This document shows, piece after piece, positions 38,393 through 47,412 of a stretch of 53,222 nucleotides of DNA. The notes beneath the pieces are model-generated. The model saw only the letters and a list, made by a program, of their open reading frames with translations, did not search any database and was not told the DNA's origin. This DNA comes from an uncultured Nitrospira sp. Its GTDB lineage: Bacteria; Nitrospirota; Nitrospiria; Nitrospirales; Nitrospiraceae. Positions within the stretch are counted from its first letter, which is position 1. Each line of letters begins with the position of its first letter. The stretch spans positions 1 to 53,222 of the forward strand of contig CAZXNN010000001.1 in NCBI GenBank assembly GCA_964641915.1. Reading direction: 5' to 3'. A program made the translations under genes and the position numbers.

Positions 38393-39322
38393 CTAAGTAT
38401 TCGCGCGATGCTCATATACCAGTGCCCCTTCTCTTCCAGTCCCGTCGTCATAGAGCGCGATGAGCTCTTCCGGAAGCCGCGCGAGATCCGTTCCGCGTAA
38501 ATAGTCTCTCATTGTGGTCCCCGTGCATTCTTCGTCCACTATTGGCGCGCCGCGCTTCTCCTTGACGTCATCCTCATGAACCACTCTGAAATCGATGCTA
38601 AACCTGGTTTTCCCTGATGTATTCGGCACGCTGGAATGCATCTGCGCGCCAGAGAAAAAAACGATTCCGCCGGCTGGCACAATAAGACGAATCTGAGGAT
38701 CAAGCTCCATCGATTCGGTCGGCTTTGGGAGGGGCCGGGGATCTTCTTTTAGAAACTGTGCAACATGCGCTCCGCGATTCTGCTGATTCCACAGATAGTA
38801 GTTGTATCCCTTTGAGCTATTCTTGACAGGACGATTCCAATAATGCGGATGGAACGCCATCGCATTGTCCGCCTGAATGTCATAAATCGGAATCCACCAA
38901 TTGATCTGACAGGGAGGCGCGGAATACCACGTGTCCCGATGCGGGTGCCAGGCATAGGCAATGCCCGTGGTGAGATAGTTATCGCTGGTGGAGCTGCGCA
39001 TTTTGGGAACATCGAAATACGTTTTCCCAAGATCGCATCCCATCTCCACGAACATCTCCTGAATAAGCCGCTTGGATTCAGGATGATGAATGAAGCCCGG
39101 CTTCAGCTTCATCAAAATATCAGCATAGCGCTCGACGGACAGTTTGTACTGCGCCGTCTCGGGATCGAGAGGCGCAAAAGCTTCCTCAACCAATTTTCTG
39201 GCAAATGCAATGAACGCAAGCGTGCTCTTTCTTGGCGAATACACGAACAATTGCCCATCGAAGAGCAATTGCCTTCGTTGCTCGTCAGACACCGGAGAAT
39301 CATAATAGACAGTGTTATTCAT
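38393..39322 (-). CDS. Hypothetical protein, putative Fe(II)/2-oxoglutarate dioxygenase
   Basis: HRD (HxD) in WHPHRDTWY, INWWIP, distal H in MHSSVPN and R in TRFSIDFR. This is the pattern of DSBH Fe/2OG oxygenases. Confidence 0.65.
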   Translation of the reverse strand: MNNTVYYDSPVSDEQRRQLLFDGQLFVYSPRKSTLAFIAFARKLVEEAFAPLDPETAQYKLSVERYADILMKLKPGFIHHPESKRLIQEMFVEMGCDLGKTYFDVPKMRSSTSDNYLTTGIAYAWHPHRDTWYSAPPCQINWWIPIYDIQADNAMAFHPHYWNRPVKNSSKGYNYYLWNQQNRGAHVAQFLKEDPRPLPKPTESMELDPQIRLIVPAGGIVFFSGAQMHSSVPNTSGKTRFSIDFRVVHEDDVKEKRGAPIVDEECTGTTMRDYLRGTDLARLPEELIALYDDGTGREGALVYEHRANT

Positions 39323-39335
39323 GATGCCCTCTCCA

Positions 39336-40664
39336 CTATGTGTTGTCCGGCCTCCGAACCTCTTGCAATAAGCCCACTCCGACTAACGCTTCGACGGCTT
39401 CTTGTATCCGGGGAAATGAGAATTCTGCTCGTTCCGCAATATCCAATACAGCATGGTGCCCATCCGACAGATTGAGCGTCCAGAGCAGCGCCATTTCCAT
39501 CGACTTTTCTCCGGCCTGACCACCGACCCCTCGATACAGACCTCGCTTGCCCAGCTGAGGCTCGCAGTGCGGGTTTTGATTGAGGTAGGTCTTGTTGGAC
39601 TCCAGCATCTCCAGTGCTTCCTGGCAGCACCGCAATGATTCGGCCAGAGCCTGTGGCTTCACAAAATCTAAATTGTCCGCCGACGTATGGTACTCAGGAT
39701 ATTGGCTGTGCGGCGTCCGGCTGAAACAGCCGACGGCAAGATTGAATCCTGGGGAACAATACTGCCTCTCGTCATAGCCGTAGGGAGTAAAATCGCAGAT
39801 CGAATAGGGTGTCCCGCTATGCTTCAGCAGATGGGCCATGGCCCGGTCGATCTCGGCATCGCCACGGCGACTCTTCTTATATGTGATCGGGCCGGCATCG
39901 CCGACTCCCGTCAATACCAAGCCGTGCTTGATGCGCGATGCCTCCTTCTGATGTTCACTCAACCAGGTGATGGACCCGATCGTTCCCGGGATAAAAAGAA
40001 AGCGATAGGAGTAGCGGCGCGGTCGCGTCTGAAGCCATTCAGCCAAGAACGTAGCCACGGCAATACCCGACAAGTTGTCGTTACCCAGTGAGGGATGGCA
40101 GGTATGAGTTGAAATCAGCACTTCGTCCCGGGACTCTCCCGGAAGAAAGCATTCTCCGTAGGTCAGGTTTCCCTCGGTCATGGATGCGTCGATACACACG
40201 TCGTATTCGCGTTCAGTCAGCGCGAGCAACTGGTTATGGCTCACACAGAAACCCCAACTCTCCTTGTAGTAGGAGGTGCGATAGGGAATCCAATCCGGAC
40301 GATCCGGAAGGCTGTGCAGATGCTCTTTGAGTTCGGCGAGCGCCATCCGTTGCTTTACCGGCTGGCTATAGTTGACGACGTGCAAGTTCGAATTCTGAAA
40401 GTCGACCACTCGCTCTCCGCGCACATTCTTAATGTAGGCGTCCCGGATGTTCCATTCCAAAGGGACTTTCCAGTCATACACCTGCGTGCCGCTCGGGACC
40501 TCATGAACAGTGAGAGCAATCCGTTTCGCAATCTGCTTCAACGTCTCCCGCACACCGTTTCCCGTGATACTCCGACAGATCGGAAACAGCTCGCTCGCCC
40601 ATCGGTGCATCTCGCTCCCGACCGGCATTAGGTCTGCTCCGCTTTTGCCCCCTTGAGGATTCAC
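39336..40664 (-). CDS. DUF4910 (DUF2172/M28 peptidase-like) polysaccharide-locus protein
   Basis: LFPICRSITGNGVRETL, VPSGTQVYDW.VP.EWNI, IPYRTSYY..WGFC, HTCHPSLGNDNLSG, GYDERQYCSPG, YPEYHTSAD, C-terminal HTH. GTGA-coupled to rfbC. Confidence 0.9.
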   Translation of the reverse strand: MNPQGGKSGADLMPVGSEMHRWASELFPICRSITGNGVRETLKQIAKRIALTVHEVPSGTQVYDWKVPLEWNIRDAYIKNVRGERVVDFQNSNLHVVNYSQPVKQRMALAELKEHLHSLPDRPDWIPYRTSYYKESWGFCVSHNQLLALTEREYDVCIDASMTEGNLTYGECFLPGESRDEVLISTHTCHPSLGNDNLSGIAVATFLAEWLQTRPRRYSYRFLFIPGTIGSITWLSEHQKEASRIKHGLVLTGVGDAGPITYKKSRRGDAEIDRAMAHLLKHSGTPYSICDFTPYGYDERQYCSPGFNLAVGCFSRTPHSQYPEYHTSADNLDFVKPQALAESLRCCQEALEMLESNKTYLNQNPHCEPQLGKRGLYRGVGGQAGEKSMEMALLWTLNLSDGHHAVLDIAERAEFSFPRIQEAVEALVGVGLLQEVRRPDNT

Positions 40665-41206
40665 GACAATCCCTTTTCCGGAATGAAATCAGGGTACTGC
40701 TGGTCCCGTTCGGCAATGATCCGAGTAGCCGGAGGCCATGCAATCCCGAATTGCGGATCATTCCACCGAACGCCTCCCGCGCTCAGCGCGTCATACCGGT
40801 GGGACATTTGATAAAACACTTCTGTGCTATCTTCCAATGTTTGGAAACCATGCGCCATGCCTTCTGGGATATAGAGCATCTGCCGATTCGCACTTGAGAG
40901 TACGACACTGACATGTCTCGTATAGGTAGGGGAGCTTGGGCGAAGATCGACGATCACGTCAAATATTGCCCCCGCCGTGCAACGAACCAGCTTCACCTCA
41001 GCCTGCGGGGCCTTCTGAAAGTGCATCCCTCGGAGCGTACCTCTTTTGTGGTTGTATGAGATATTGCACTGCACCAGTGCCGTACTGAGCCCGTGAGACG
41101 CAAATTCATCCCGGCACCAGGTCCGCGCAAAAAACCCACGGTCATCTTCTTTCCGTTCCGGCTCAATCACGTAGGCTCCCTTCAGCGCGGTCTCACGGAA
41201 GATCAC
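40661..41206 (-). CDS. rfbC: dTDP-4-dehydrorhamnose 3,5-epimerase family
   Basis: DDRGFFAR, GTLRGMHFQ, KLVRC..GAIFDVIVDLR, YIPEGMAHGFQTL, VRWNDP. Confidence 0.92.
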   Translation of the reverse strand: MIFRETALKGAYVIEPERKEDDRGFFARTWCRDEFASHGLSTALVQCNISYNHKRGTLRGMHFQKAPQAEVKLVRCTAGAIFDVIVDLRPSSPTYTRHVSVVLSSANRQMLYIPEGMAHGFQTLEDSTEVFYQMSHRYDALSAGGVRWNDPQFGIAWPPATRIIAERDQQYPDFIPEKGLS

Positions 41207-42438
41207 GGGTAAACCTTGACCTCTGGAATCGGGACTACAAACTTCCCGCCCCAGTCACGGATGAACGCCATTTGCTCCATCACTTCTTCGCGAAGGTTCC
41301 ACGGCAGAATGAGCAGATAGTCCGGACGAGTCTCGCGGACTTTCTCCGGTGAATGGATCGGGATATGAACTCCTGGGAGAAAATGTCCCTGCTTGTGCGG
41401 GCTCCGATCCACCGTATAGTCGATGAGATCCGTTCGAACGCCACAATAATTGAGTAACGTATTCCCCTTTGCCGGCGCTCCGTAGCCTACGACGCGCTTC
41501 CCTTCTTGCTTGGCGGCGATCAAGAAAGACAACAGCTTTCGTTTCGTCGCCTCGACCTGGGGACCAAAGGAAAGATAGTGATCGAGCCGGCCAAACCCGG
41601 CCTTCTCCTCCCGCGCTTTCAAGTCTTGCGCACGGGCTCCGATCGGCTTCGACGAATCTTGTGCATGGCGCGCATAGATTCGAAGCGAGCCCCCGTGGGT
41701 CGAGAGTTCTTCCACGTCGAACAATGTCATCCCATGCCGGGCGAATACCTTTTCGACGGCGAGGAAGGAGAAGTAGGAGAAGTGCTCATGATAGATGGTG
41801 TCGAACTGGTTCTGCTCCATCAGCTGAACCAAATGGGGAAACTCCATCGTAATCAGCCCCGTAGGTTTCAAGAGCACTTTGAGTCCATTGACAAAGTCAT
41901 TCAAGTCCGGAACATGCGCGAGCACGTTGTTTCCGATGATCAGATCCGCTCCCCACCCATCTGCAACAAGACCACGGGCCGTCTTTTCGCCAAAAAAGGC
42001 CACCGTGGTATTGACGCCCTTTTGCTTCGCCACTTCAGCCACATTGGCCGCCGGTTCCACTCCCAGAACAGGCACTCCACGAGCTACGAAGTTTTGAAGC
42101 AGGTACCCGTCATTGCTGGCGATCTCGACCACTTTCGAGTCCCGGCCTAACTGAAAGCGATCCGCAATCATGTCGACATAACGCTTGGCATGAGCCAGCC
42201 AGGAATCAGAAAATGAGGAGAAATAGGCGTAGTCAGAAAAGATATCGTGCGGCGATGAAAACTGCTCTAGCTGCACCAGCAAGCATGCGGAGCACACGTA
42301 CACATGCAGCGGGTAAAACGGCTCCATGCGGCTGCGCTGTTCCGGTTTGATATAGGAGTTGGCCAATGGAGACATGCCAAGATCCACAAAGGTGTGCGCC
42401 AACGTTGTTCCGCATGACCGACACTGTGATTGCCCCAT
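41203..42438 (-). CDS. NDP-hexose C-methyltransferase (TcaB9/TylC3-like, Zn-binding)
   Basis: CRSC...CSAC zinc site, DLGMSPLAN, EIASNDG, NNVLAHVP, QFDTIYHEH, THGGSLR, GYGAPAKG, ILPWN. ATG at 42438. Confidence 0.92.
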   Translation of the reverse strand: MGQSQCRSCGTTLAHTFVDLGMSPLANSYIKPEQRSRMEPFYPLHVYVCSACLLVQLEQFSSPHDIFSDYAYFSSFSDSWLAHAKRYVDMIADRFQLGRDSKVVEIASNDGYLLQNFVARGVPVLGVEPAANVAEVAKQKGVNTTVAFFGEKTARGLVADGWGADLIIGNNVLAHVPDLNDFVNGLKVLLKPTGLITMEFPHLVQLMEQNQFDTIYHEHFSYFSFLAVEKVFARHGMTLFDVEELSTHGGSLRIYARHAQDSSKPIGARAQDLKAREEKAGFGRLDHYLSFGPQVEATKRKLLSFLIAAKQEGKRVVGYGAPAKGNTLLNYCGVRTDLIDYTVDRSPHKQGHFLPGVHIPIHSPEKVRETRPDYLLILPWNLREEVMEQMAFIRDWGGKFVVPIPEVKVYP

Positions 42439-42522
42439 CAGATGCCTCCCTTTTCCGCACTCCTTCGACCTAAGCCACACACCGCGACCCCGTTACGCAC
42501 GGCGCAACGCCGATTCATCAAT

Positions 42523-43572
42523 TCACCGATTGATCCACACGAGAGCGTCTGAGAGATGACCGTTCTCGCGCAACCGCTTCAATGTCACGAGCCTCATGAA
42601 TTCGCCCGTGCGAAAGTTGTGATCCTGGAACCGCATGGCCATCAAGCCATCCCGAAGATCGACCACAGCGCCCTGAAGGTCCACGGCAGGGAGAAACCCT
42701 TGCGCCAACTTGGTAAACTTGTCGAAGTTGACTCGGTAAGAGCGCTTATCCGGCTGCGCATCCTTGTTGATCGACACTTCCACGCCCGGGACGAGTTTGG
42801 CCACTGCAGCGGCAAGATCCTTCACTTGATAGTTCCACGCGTCACTCCCCACGTTCACAGTCAAACACGCTCCCCCGTCGCGGTGGTCCCGCTGGACGGC
42901 CCAATCGATCGCCCGCGCCATGTCTTTGACATGAATCAGGGGACGCCATGGAGTACCGTCACTCAAAATATTGATTCGCTTGGAGGCCAGGGCCCCGGCC
43001 ACAAAATCATTCAGCACCAGATCCAACCGAAGACGATCACTCATCCCACAAGCCGTCGCGAAGCGAAGACATGTGGCGGTAAATGTGTCCGATGCAAGCG
43101 AGGCAAGATCCTTTTCCGTAGATACTTTTGACTTGGCATAAGCCGTGAGCGGATTGACCGCGTCCTCTTCTCGCCGAGGACCGCCCTCGGCAAATCCGTA
43201 GACGCTGCAACTCGATGCAAAGACAAACTTTTTTACACCAGCCTGCTTTGCCTTTTTGGCAAGATCGACACTTGCTCGATAATTAATATCGAGTGTAATG
43301 TCCTCAAACAATGCACCCATAGGGTCGTTGGAAATCGCACAAAGGTGCACCACTGCATCCACTCCCCGGAGCACCTCAGGGGATACGGATCTGATATCGC
43401 CGAAATACTGAAAATCGGCACGGCTTTCTGGAAACCGCTCGGCACCTGTCAGGCAGTGCGCAAAGTACCCTGCGTCATACCCGACGATTTCAGCACCTGG
43501 ATACGATTCCTTCAGGCGACGCAACACCAGAGGCCCCACATACCCCATGTTTCCCGTGATAAGGATCTTCAT
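42523..43572 (-). CDS. NAD-dependent epimerase/dehydratase (extended SDR)
   Basis: ITGNMGYVG, ISNDP, ASSCSVYG, YAKSK, LRFATACG...RLDLVLN, DGTPWRP. Confidence 0.9.
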   Translation of the reverse strand: MKILITGNMGYVGPLVLRRLKESYPGAEIVGYDAGYFAHCLTGAERFPESRADFQYFGDIRSVSPEVLRGVDAVVHLCAISNDPMGALFEDITLDINYRASVDLAKKAKQAGVKKFVFASSCSVYGFAEGGPRREEDAVNPLTAYAKSKVSTEKDLASLASDTFTATCLRFATACGMSDRLRLDLVLNDFVAGALASKRINILSDGTPWRPLIHVKDMARAIDWAVQRDHRDGGACLTVNVGSDAWNYQVKDLAAAVAKLVPGVEVSINKDAQPDKRSYRVNFDKFTKLAQGFLPAVDLQGAVVDLRDGLMAMRFQDHNFRTGEFMRLVTLKRLRENGHLSDALVWINR

Positions 43573-43708
43573 GATTTTCCCCTCAGTTCAAGGCTTCGTG
43601 GATTCGTTCTCATGTGTCCCCCAACAGTTTGATCAAGGCAATGCCGAAGCCCCCGGTCAAACCCGCCTCCTCGCGCCTGCGAAGGGGCCGGGAAACACCC
43701 CACGCCCA

Positions 43709-44491
43709 CTACCATATTTTCCAAGGCGCTTTACCGGATTGCCAGAGCTCCTCGAGTTGGTTCTTTTCACGAAGGGTGTCCATGCAGGACCAGAACCGGT
43801 CATGGCGATAGGCCATCAACTGTCCCTCTTGGGTAATTCGCTCGATCGGTCCTCGCTCCCATACGGTGTCATCCCCTGAGATATAGTCGATCACGCGCCT
43901 GTTCAAGACATAGAACCCGCCATTGACCCATCCTTCCCCAGCGCTCGGCTTTTCCATGAACTCGCTAATCCGGTCGCTCGTCTGGCTCTCAAAGCCTAGC
44001 CGCCCAAATCGCGCTGGCGTACGAACGGAGGTCAGCGTGGCCAACTTGCCGTGGGCTTCGTGAAACTTGATCAAGCTTTGAATATCTATATCGCCCACAC
44101 CATCCCCGTATGTGAACAAGAAGGTCTCATCGCTTCCTAACCACTGCTTGACCCGACTTAGCCGACCGCCGGTTTGGGTATGTAGCCCTGTATCCACCAA
44201 ATGCACTTTCCAGTCTTCGTGCTTTTTTCCGTCATGAATCGTCGTAGCACCGGTTTTCAGATCGACAGAGATGTCGTTGTTGTGTGCGTAGAAGTTCAGA
44301 AAATACTCTTTGATCATTTCACCTTTGTATCCCAAGGTGATGATGAACTCTTTGATCCCATGGGTTGCATACAACTTCATGATGTGCCAGAGAATCGGCT
44401 TCCCGCCAACCTCGACCATGGGCTTGGGACGCAGTACCGTCTCTTCACTTAAGCGTGTTCCAAGTCCCCCAGCTAAGATTACTGCTTTCAT
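43709..44491 (-). CDS. rfbF: Glucose-1-phosphate cytidylyltransferase
   Basis: ILAGGLGTRLSEET..PKPMVE, LGYKGEMIKEYF, VDTG..TQTGGR, TYGDG, WSCMDTLR, APWKIW. Confidence 0.95.
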   Translation of the reverse strand: MKAVILAGGLGTRLSEETVLRPKPMVEVGGKPILWHIMKLYATHGIKEFIITLGYKGEMIKEYFLNFYAHNNDISVDLKTGATTIHDGKKHEDWKVHLVDTGLHTQTGGRLSRVKQWLGSDETFLFTYGDGVGDIDIQSLIKFHEAHGKLATLTSVRTPARFGRLGFESQTSDRISEFMEKPSAGEGWVNGGFYVLNRRVIDYISGDDTVWERGPIERITQEGQLMAYRHDRFWSCMDTLREKNQLEELWQSGKAPWKIW

Positions 44492-44681
44492 ATGCGATCT
44501 CTCCTCGTTACGCGCACTTCCTCTTGCACGCTATGCTCACAAATCCTCTTCTTACTTGTTTCCCTGCTGAGCTAGAGCCCTTTAACGGTTCAGGCCTAAT
44601 AGGGAATTGAGATTTGCCTACTCCTGTTGGGCCACACAAAAGAGTTCTGACTGCATTTCCAACCTACTCATTCATGAGCGC

Positions 44682-45995
44682 CTAACCGATATTGGAAGGC
44701 TCTGAGGCCGCGGAGCCCACGAGTTGCGTCCGCCACGTCAGGAGCGGCCTCACCGCCCCAGGCATTGTTCCCACATAGTCTCCCCGGGAAGAGTCGCCGT
44801 CATGATTATCGACGATCTGAAACGCGATGGCTTCAGAAGCCGCAAACTGCACCAGATCTGGCGCAAGTGTTAGACAATGGCACCCGACGAATACCGTCCC
44901 CTCGGTGAGCAGATTGCCGGGAATCTCAACTCGACTTAAATAATGCCCTGCCGGACGAGCCCGTCTCCTCCACTCTGGGTCAAGGTCCTGCGTAATAAAT
45001 ATCAACGTCCCTTCCTCATCGACCAGATGGAAATGCGGAGCCAACACGTATCCCGGCGTGAGCACTTCGTACTCCATCTCAATGGTAAACGGGCGACGAA
45101 TATCCAATACCTCCGCCACCCTGCCATCTTCAGCCTTCACGCGAGCAGCCCGCAGGCGAGCCACTTCCCCGCCGGGGGCATTTGAGGGATCAGCCCATTC
45201 GCGAGCAGGAGCAGCGCCGAACCCGGCATTCAGGTACGTCTTCACGACTTCATGTGCCGGTCCGTCGTGGAGAACTCTCCCTTTATCAAGCATGATCACG
45301 CGATCACATAGGCGCATCACCGCCTGCATATTGTGCGAAACAAACAACACCGTCCGACCGTGCGCGCCAATGTCCTTCATCTTATCAAGACACTTCTTTT
45401 GAAATTGCGAGTCTCCGACCGCCAGCACTTCGTCGACAATTAAAATCTCAGGCTCAAGGTGGGCCCCCACCGCAAACGCCAGCCTGACATACATGCCACT
45501 CGAGTAGCGTTTCACCGGCGTATCGATAAACTTGGCAATCCCGGCAAACTCGACAATCTCCTCAAACTTCTCATCAATTTCTGATTTCTTCATCCCCAGG
45601 ATGATCCCGCTGAGATAAATATTCTCCCGCCCCGTCAACTCCGGGTGAAAGCCGGTTCCAACTTCGAGCAAGGTTCCAACACGTCCAAAGATCTCGGCTC
45701 TGCCGCTCGTCGGCTCAGTAATACGAGAGAGGACCTTGAGCAACGTGCTTTTCCCGGCACCATTTCGGCCGATTATGCCAACGACCTCTCCTGCATGGAT
45801 TTCAAACGAGACGTCCTTGACTGGCCATAGTTCTTCTTTCACTAGCCGCTGGGAACTCAATGATGATCGGAACGTGAAGAGTTTCTTGGCCCCTTCATTG
45901 ACACACTCCGCCAAAGACGAATCAGGTGCGTCCTTCGTCACGGATATCATGTACATTTTCGAGAGATGTTCGGCACGAATAGTTACATTGCTCAT
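44682..45995 (-). CDS. wzt: Polysaccharide ABC exporter ATP-binding subunit with C-terminal Wzt_C domain
   Basis: GRNGAGKST, GFHPELTGREN, YSSGMYVRLAF, ILIVDEVLAVGD, VSH, plus about 180 aa C-terminal extension. Confidence 0.93.
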   Translation of the reverse strand: MSNVTIRAEHLSKMYMISVTKDAPDSSLAECVNEGAKKLFTFRSSLSSQRLVKEELWPVKDVSFEIHAGEVVGIIGRNGAGKSTLLKVLSRITEPTSGRAEIFGRVGTLLEVGTGFHPELTGRENIYLSGIILGMKKSEIDEKFEEIVEFAGIAKFIDTPVKRYSSGMYVRLAFAVGAHLEPEILIVDEVLAVGDSQFQKKCLDKMKDIGAHGRTVLFVSHNMQAVMRLCDRVIMLDKGRVLHDGPAHEVVKTYLNAGFGAAPAREWADPSNAPGGEVARLRAARVKAEDGRVAEVLDIRRPFTIEMEYEVLTPGYVLAPHFHLVDEEGTLIFITQDLDPEWRRRARPAGHYLSRVEIPGNLLTEGTVFVGCHCLTLAPDLVQFAASEAIAFQIVDNHDGDSSRGDYVGTMPGAVRPLLTWRTQLVGSAASEPSNIG

Positions 45996-46082
45996 ATCAC
46001 GCTACCATTGGCCTTCCCTAACAGACGTCTCCCCTTACAGCTCTTCAGTCGTTCAAGACAAATACGAGGCGATGCGCGCTGA

Positions 46083-46949
46083 TCAGATCACATCTGCAAA
46101 CTTCCGTTCCATCCGATTGAAATATGACATACCCAGGAGAAGGAGGGCACTGACCAACGCAACCGTAATGCCCATAGTCTCCAGGCTCGGAGGCGGGGTC
46201 TTCAATAATGCCCACCGAAAGCCTTCGATCACTCCAGCCATTGGATTAAGACTATTAAGCCATTTCCATTGGTCTGGGACTAGACTCGCCGGATAGACTA
46301 CCGGCGTTGCAAACATCCATAGCTGTGTCACCAATGGCATTGCAGCCGCAATATCGCGAAATCGAACGAATAATGCCGCTAACCACAAACTTACCGCCAA
46401 CGATGTGACCATCGTCAACAGCAGGAAAACTGGAACGAACAGGACTTCCCACGAGGGCATGACTCCATAAAACGCCATCATCACAAGAAGAAGAAGAAAT
46501 GAGATCGCGAAATCAATCAATCCCACAAGCATGGCTGAGATTGGGACAACAATTCTGGGAAAGTATACTTTGCTGATGAGATTCGATTCCGCGACCATGC
46601 TGAAGCTGCTCTTATCGAGACTGCGGGCAAAATACCCCCAAGGCAGAAGTCCAACATAGACAAAAAGTGGATACGGCACCCCGTCCGACGGAAGCTTGGC
46701 GAAATTACTGAAGACCAGTGTAAACAATAGCATCATGGCAACCGGCTGAATGATTGCCCAGGCAAATCCGATCGCGGTCTGTGCATATCGCGTCTTCAGA
46801 TCTCTCCAGGCGAGAAACAGGAGCAATTCTCGGTATTCCCATATTCCACTGAGATTCAGATAGAATCGCCTCTTACTGGGTTCAATTACTGTCCGGCGTC
46901 GGAGAGGAACTCCTCCAACCACGCTCATCTGTGAACTACTTTCTGACAT
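46083..46949 (-). CDS. wzm: Polysaccharide ABC exporter permease
   Basis: EYRELL..LAWRDLKTRY, WAIIQP, LISKVYFPR, FRDI, ATPVVYP, LNPM, ERKFADVI. ATG at 46949. Confidence 0.93.
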   Translation of the reverse strand: MSESSSQMSVVGGVPLRRRTVIEPSKRRFYLNLSGIWEYRELLLFLAWRDLKTRYAQTAIGFAWAIIQPVAMMLLFTLVFSNFAKLPSDGVPYPLFVYVGLLPWGYFARSLDKSSFSMVAESNLISKVYFPRIVVPISAMLVGLIDFAISFLLLLVMMAFYGVMPSWEVLFVPVFLLLTMVTSLAVSLWLAALFVRFRDIAAAMPLVTQLWMFATPVVYPASLVPDQWKWLNSLNPMAGVIEGFRWALLKTPPPSLETMGITVALVSALLLLGMSYFNRMERKFADVI

Positions 46950-47412
46950 TCTTATCCACCCGCTGCCTTCCCTCAAACCCCCTCTGGGATAAACGCCACA
47001 TACCGCTAGATCCAAACAGGTTGCTTTATACCTTCACTTAGTGCCTCTTACTTGAAATCATTAACGTTCGGACTCAATCTTCGCTACTGCTTGAACCATT
47101 AAAGATACGGAATATCACAATAGAAATGATGGCGATTGACTATCCATGGCTTCACTCACGTCTCATACTTGATTGGGTTACCGCCCCCTCTGCAGAATCT
47201 ACCTCATGATCTTGACATCTCTCTGGAGGGCGGGCCTGAAAGGATGTCTTCCTCAGATAGAAATCTCTTCGCTGATCGTTTTGCTCGAAAGAAAGGGCGG
47301 AGAAATTGGGCTTCTATTTCGCCTTTGCCTGACTTACGGTAAGAGGTCTGCATGGTGCGGTCAGTGTATCGAAAAACATTCGATGCTCCGACTAATTTCG
47401 AGAAACCCGCAA

